DNA of 64,000 nt, from assembly GCF_016433145.1 (NCBI RefSeq), contig NC_058130.1, positions 615,369,412 to 615,433,411 on the forward strand, in the 5' to 3' direction. Below, one piece after another: positions 61,051 to 64,000 of the stretch (the stretch's first letter is position 1; every line of letters starts with the position of its first letter). The position numbers and the translations under genes were made by a program. Below the pieces are notes generated by a model. That model searched no databases. It was not told the DNA's origin and saw only the letters and a list, made by a program, of their open reading frames with translations. Source of the DNA: Gracilinanus agilis. Lineage: Eukaryota.

Positions 61051-63769
61051 TAGTTGTATTGGTTTGGATTTTCCCAGTCTAGACTTTTTGTGAGAATCAG
61101 ATGAGAAGCATTTAAAAAATTGTAAAATACTATATGGATAATGATGTGATGGTGGTCATTGTGATGATAAGAATAGTAATGATGGCATGTAATATAAAAA
61201 ACATTCTTAAAGATTAGGAATGGTATGTGAAACATAGCACTATCCCTAAAATAGGAGAACTTGCTTCAGATTCCACTTCTGACACTATGGCCTTGAGCAA
61301 GTCTAACCTCTTTGGACCTATTTCCTCATCTGTAAAATGAGAAGGTTGAATTGGATGACTCTAAAAGGTTCCATCTTGCTCTGAATCTATAATCTGATGA
61401 TCTTATGACTAGTCCCTCTCCAGATATTATAACTTAGTCATCTCTGTGAGGTTTGTCCTCATCCTTCCAGCTGATGATGTGCCTCCCCCAAATTTTTTTC
61501 TCCTATTTATGTATTTATCTTATATTTCAGGGAACTATGATCAAGACATTGCTACCATTGCTTCTTGAAAGGGCATGCCAGTTGGCCATCCTGTTTTTCT
61601 TTTCACCATTCCTGTGACTTTCCAGACTAAAGCATCTGGCCACTGCTCTCCCATATGTTATTGTCCCTTTAATCTCCTTGAGGACAAGGATTGCCTTCTC
61701 ATTTTTATCTTTGTATCCCTATTCCCTAGAACAATGCTCTACATATAATAGACATTTAACTATTGCTTAATTGATTAATACAGTATGGTCACCCAGGAAG
61801 AAGTATCAACCCAAAATCAGAACAACTCAATAACATTGTATAGGGAGGAATGGAAATTACTATATTTTCTCCCTTATGGCTTCTCCTCCCCTCTAAGCTT
61901 TCCTTTTCTTTGAGACAACATATTACCTTCCAACTTGGCCTATATTCCTTACATCTTTTAGTTCTAAAAAAGGGAGTGAGCAGTATATTCTTGGCATACT
62001 GTGATAAACTGTATTAATAGATGCCTTTCATGGGGAAGAAAGTTGAAGCTGGGGATGGCAAAAAAAGAGAATTTATGATCCCAAAGGAATAAAAATAAAA
62101 TATAGATTCTCTTATAATAAGGCCCATAATATGACAATTTGCTTTCATTTAAATACTCTTAATTAGTTGTGGGAAAGAAGTCCAATTAATTGTAATGTTC
62201 CCTTTAGAAGATGAGACTAAGATTGGCTGTCACATTAGGGCTTTCTTTCCTAATCTGTAAACTGAAGTAAGTGATTAGATCAGATGAACTCTGAAGTCCA
62301 CCATAGCTTCAACATTCTTTAATTCTTTGTTACTACATTCCCAAATTTTTCAAGAAGTCCAGGGCTACCCTAGACCAGTATGACAGGCGTAGTCAAATTA
62401 GTAATGAAATAAGTTTTAAAATTTAAACCATGTGATAAAAATCATGCAGTCACTGTATGTGGTTTCCTATCAGACCTTAGGGCCATCTTCTTTCCACCTT
62501 CAATCCATTACTTTCCACATAATTAATTTAGAAAGTGTAACACTGATAAACAAAAGTCAAGATTGATCACTATAGTTCACTTTCAAATTTCTAAGTTTGT
62601 AGGAAGTTGAACAAACACTGTTTCCCCTTTTCCACTGTCCTCACTGCCCTTCTTCCAATCTCCAAGGTAGTGTTAGTCTTTGGTTTTCAGTGCCATTTGC
62701 TTTTTGGGAAGTCAGCCTGGACTTTCATCTGTGATTTCCAATGGTTTAGCTAGAGCCACTTTGACTAAATTCCAAGTGACAGTTTCAATATGAAATATTT
62801 ATCACTCCCTTATAAAAGTACAAATAGCAAATGGAATTCAAAGTCCACAAGTGAAATTCAATCCACAGAATGCTTCCTTTTAAAATGTCACCAACCCATT
62901 GCAGACCACCATCATGACAAAGCATAATTCTAAGCACTGGCACAAAGGATAGACTGTAGAAAGGCAATAGGCAGGCAGGACAGAGCAGGAGTTAGCAAGC
63001 TGTTAGTCATGGGGGCTTATTTGAAGTTTCTAGGCTATAAGATATAGAGGCAGGGCCATAAAGAGCCAATAGGTCTATCAAACAGCCACAGCCATAGCCA
63101 CAATCAAAGTAAAGACATGAATTTGTTGTAGAAATGCACCTGCTTATCCCCTAGTTTTTTTTTTTTTTCAGCACAATCAAACATATGCACTAGAGCATAA
63201 AATGGTATTTGGCTCATGGTTAGCAGTTAATAAATGTGTGTTGATTGAATAAATGATGGATAGTTGCCCTATCAACAAATCATCTTTTAGTTCCAAGAAT
63301 GAGGAAATCCTACCTGTATTTCAAGGGCTAGGTCAATGCCACCTTGTCCTCGAAACCTTCCTTGAGAGTCCCTTTCCCTGACCCCAAGCAAGATATGTTA
63401 TCACTTTTTTGTGAACTTTCATTATACTGTTTATGTCTCTTTTATGAACTCCTTAAATTAGTTTTATATTATGACTATTTCTATACATGTCATCTCCCAA
63501 ACTGAATTACGAACCCCTTGAGAGCAAGTGTATCTCTTCTAGTACTTCACACAATGCTTTGCACATGGAAAGGCATGTAATCAATCAATCAATCATCAAG
63601 TGCCTTCAGTGTTCCAGGATCTCTGTTTGGCAGTGGGGATGACAAATGTTTGGTTAAATGATATGTTGGTCTCATTTCTTCAATCTCTGAGAATTTAAAT
63701 TGTTCACAATGTTTTAAATTCCCACTGTTAGTAAAGTACTATACTCTGTATCACTAAGGAAGGACATAT

Positions 63770-64000
63770 TAAAAATATCCACTATGCCAGGCATTGTGCC
63801 AAATACCTTACAAATATCTCATTTCATTCTCACAGCAACCCTAGGAGCAAAGTGCTTTTATGAGCCCCATTTTTCATTTGAAGAAACTAAGGCAGATAGG
63901 TTAAGTGACTTACCAGAGTCACACAACTTCTAAGTGTCTGAATCCAGATTTGAACTCAGGTCTTCCTGACTCCAGCACCAGCACTCTGTCCACTACACAA
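63770..64000 (-). mobile_element. MIR-type SINE, truncated by the window end
   Basis: tatctcatttcattctcacagcaaccctagg...ttaagtgacttaccagagtcacaca...gatttgaactcaggtcttcctgactcc. Confidence 0.8.

Larger units (their letters stand above)
39565..64000 (+). other. LYRM4: LYRM4 intron 2 (partial; exon 3 inferred downstream of the window)
   Basis: Begins with donor GTAAGA. No VHIGQLYS-like terminal exon found in the window. Confidence 0.75.

Noticed and set aside
61395-61474. TGATGA...CTGA spacing suggestive of a C/D snoRNA
   Set aside because: The C box lacks the purine, there are no convincing C'/D' boxes or terminal stem, and the 5' part is a MIR3-like tail.
570-62967. All ORFs in the supplied six-frame track
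   Set aside because: They are short, often start at non-ATG codons, lack recognisable domains, and mostly overlap SINE, L1, L2, LTR or MITE sequence or the N gap. The only real coding segment (39444-39564) is not among them.
1-64000. CRISPR arrays, operons, rRNA or other prokaryote-type systems
   Set aside because: The DNA is mammalian intron; no regularly spaced repeats, rRNA or gene clusters are present.

Overview
This is AT-rich, CpG-depleted, repeat-dense mammalian DNA. Its SINE, RTE and hAT content points to a didelphid marsupial, most likely Monodelphis domestica. The only protein-coding sequence I can support is one 121-nt internal exon at 39444-39564 (+), which is exon 2 of LYRM4/ISD11, the accessory subunit of the mitochondrial NFS1 cysteine desulfurase. 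The rest of the window is therefore inferred to be LYRM4 intron 1 (upstream) and intron 2 (downstream); exons 1 and 3 are not visible. None of the supplied ORF calls corresponds to a real gene. The introns contain young and old tRNA/CORE SINEs, MIR, L2, L1, L3/CR1 and RTE-derived fragments, a solo LTR, hAT and Mariner MITEs, and a 138-N assembly gap. I found no convincing new gene system. The best leads are non-coding: (i) a CpG-retaining island at 58.72-58.98 kb with tandem D-boxes, a perfect IR-1 nuclear-receptor palindrome, a CRE-like site and an octamer-like site; (ii) a ~150-bp segment present twice, 2.9 kb apart, that I cannot assign to a known repeat; (iii) an antisense solo LTR with TATA, CCAAT and poly(A) signals; (iv) an L1 fragment with its 5' end intact and its 3' end missing, between degenerate direct repeats; (v) hAT MITEs with perfect 8-bp TSDs. 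Repeat family names and the human protein comparison come from memory, not from a database search. Boundaries of old repeats are approximate.
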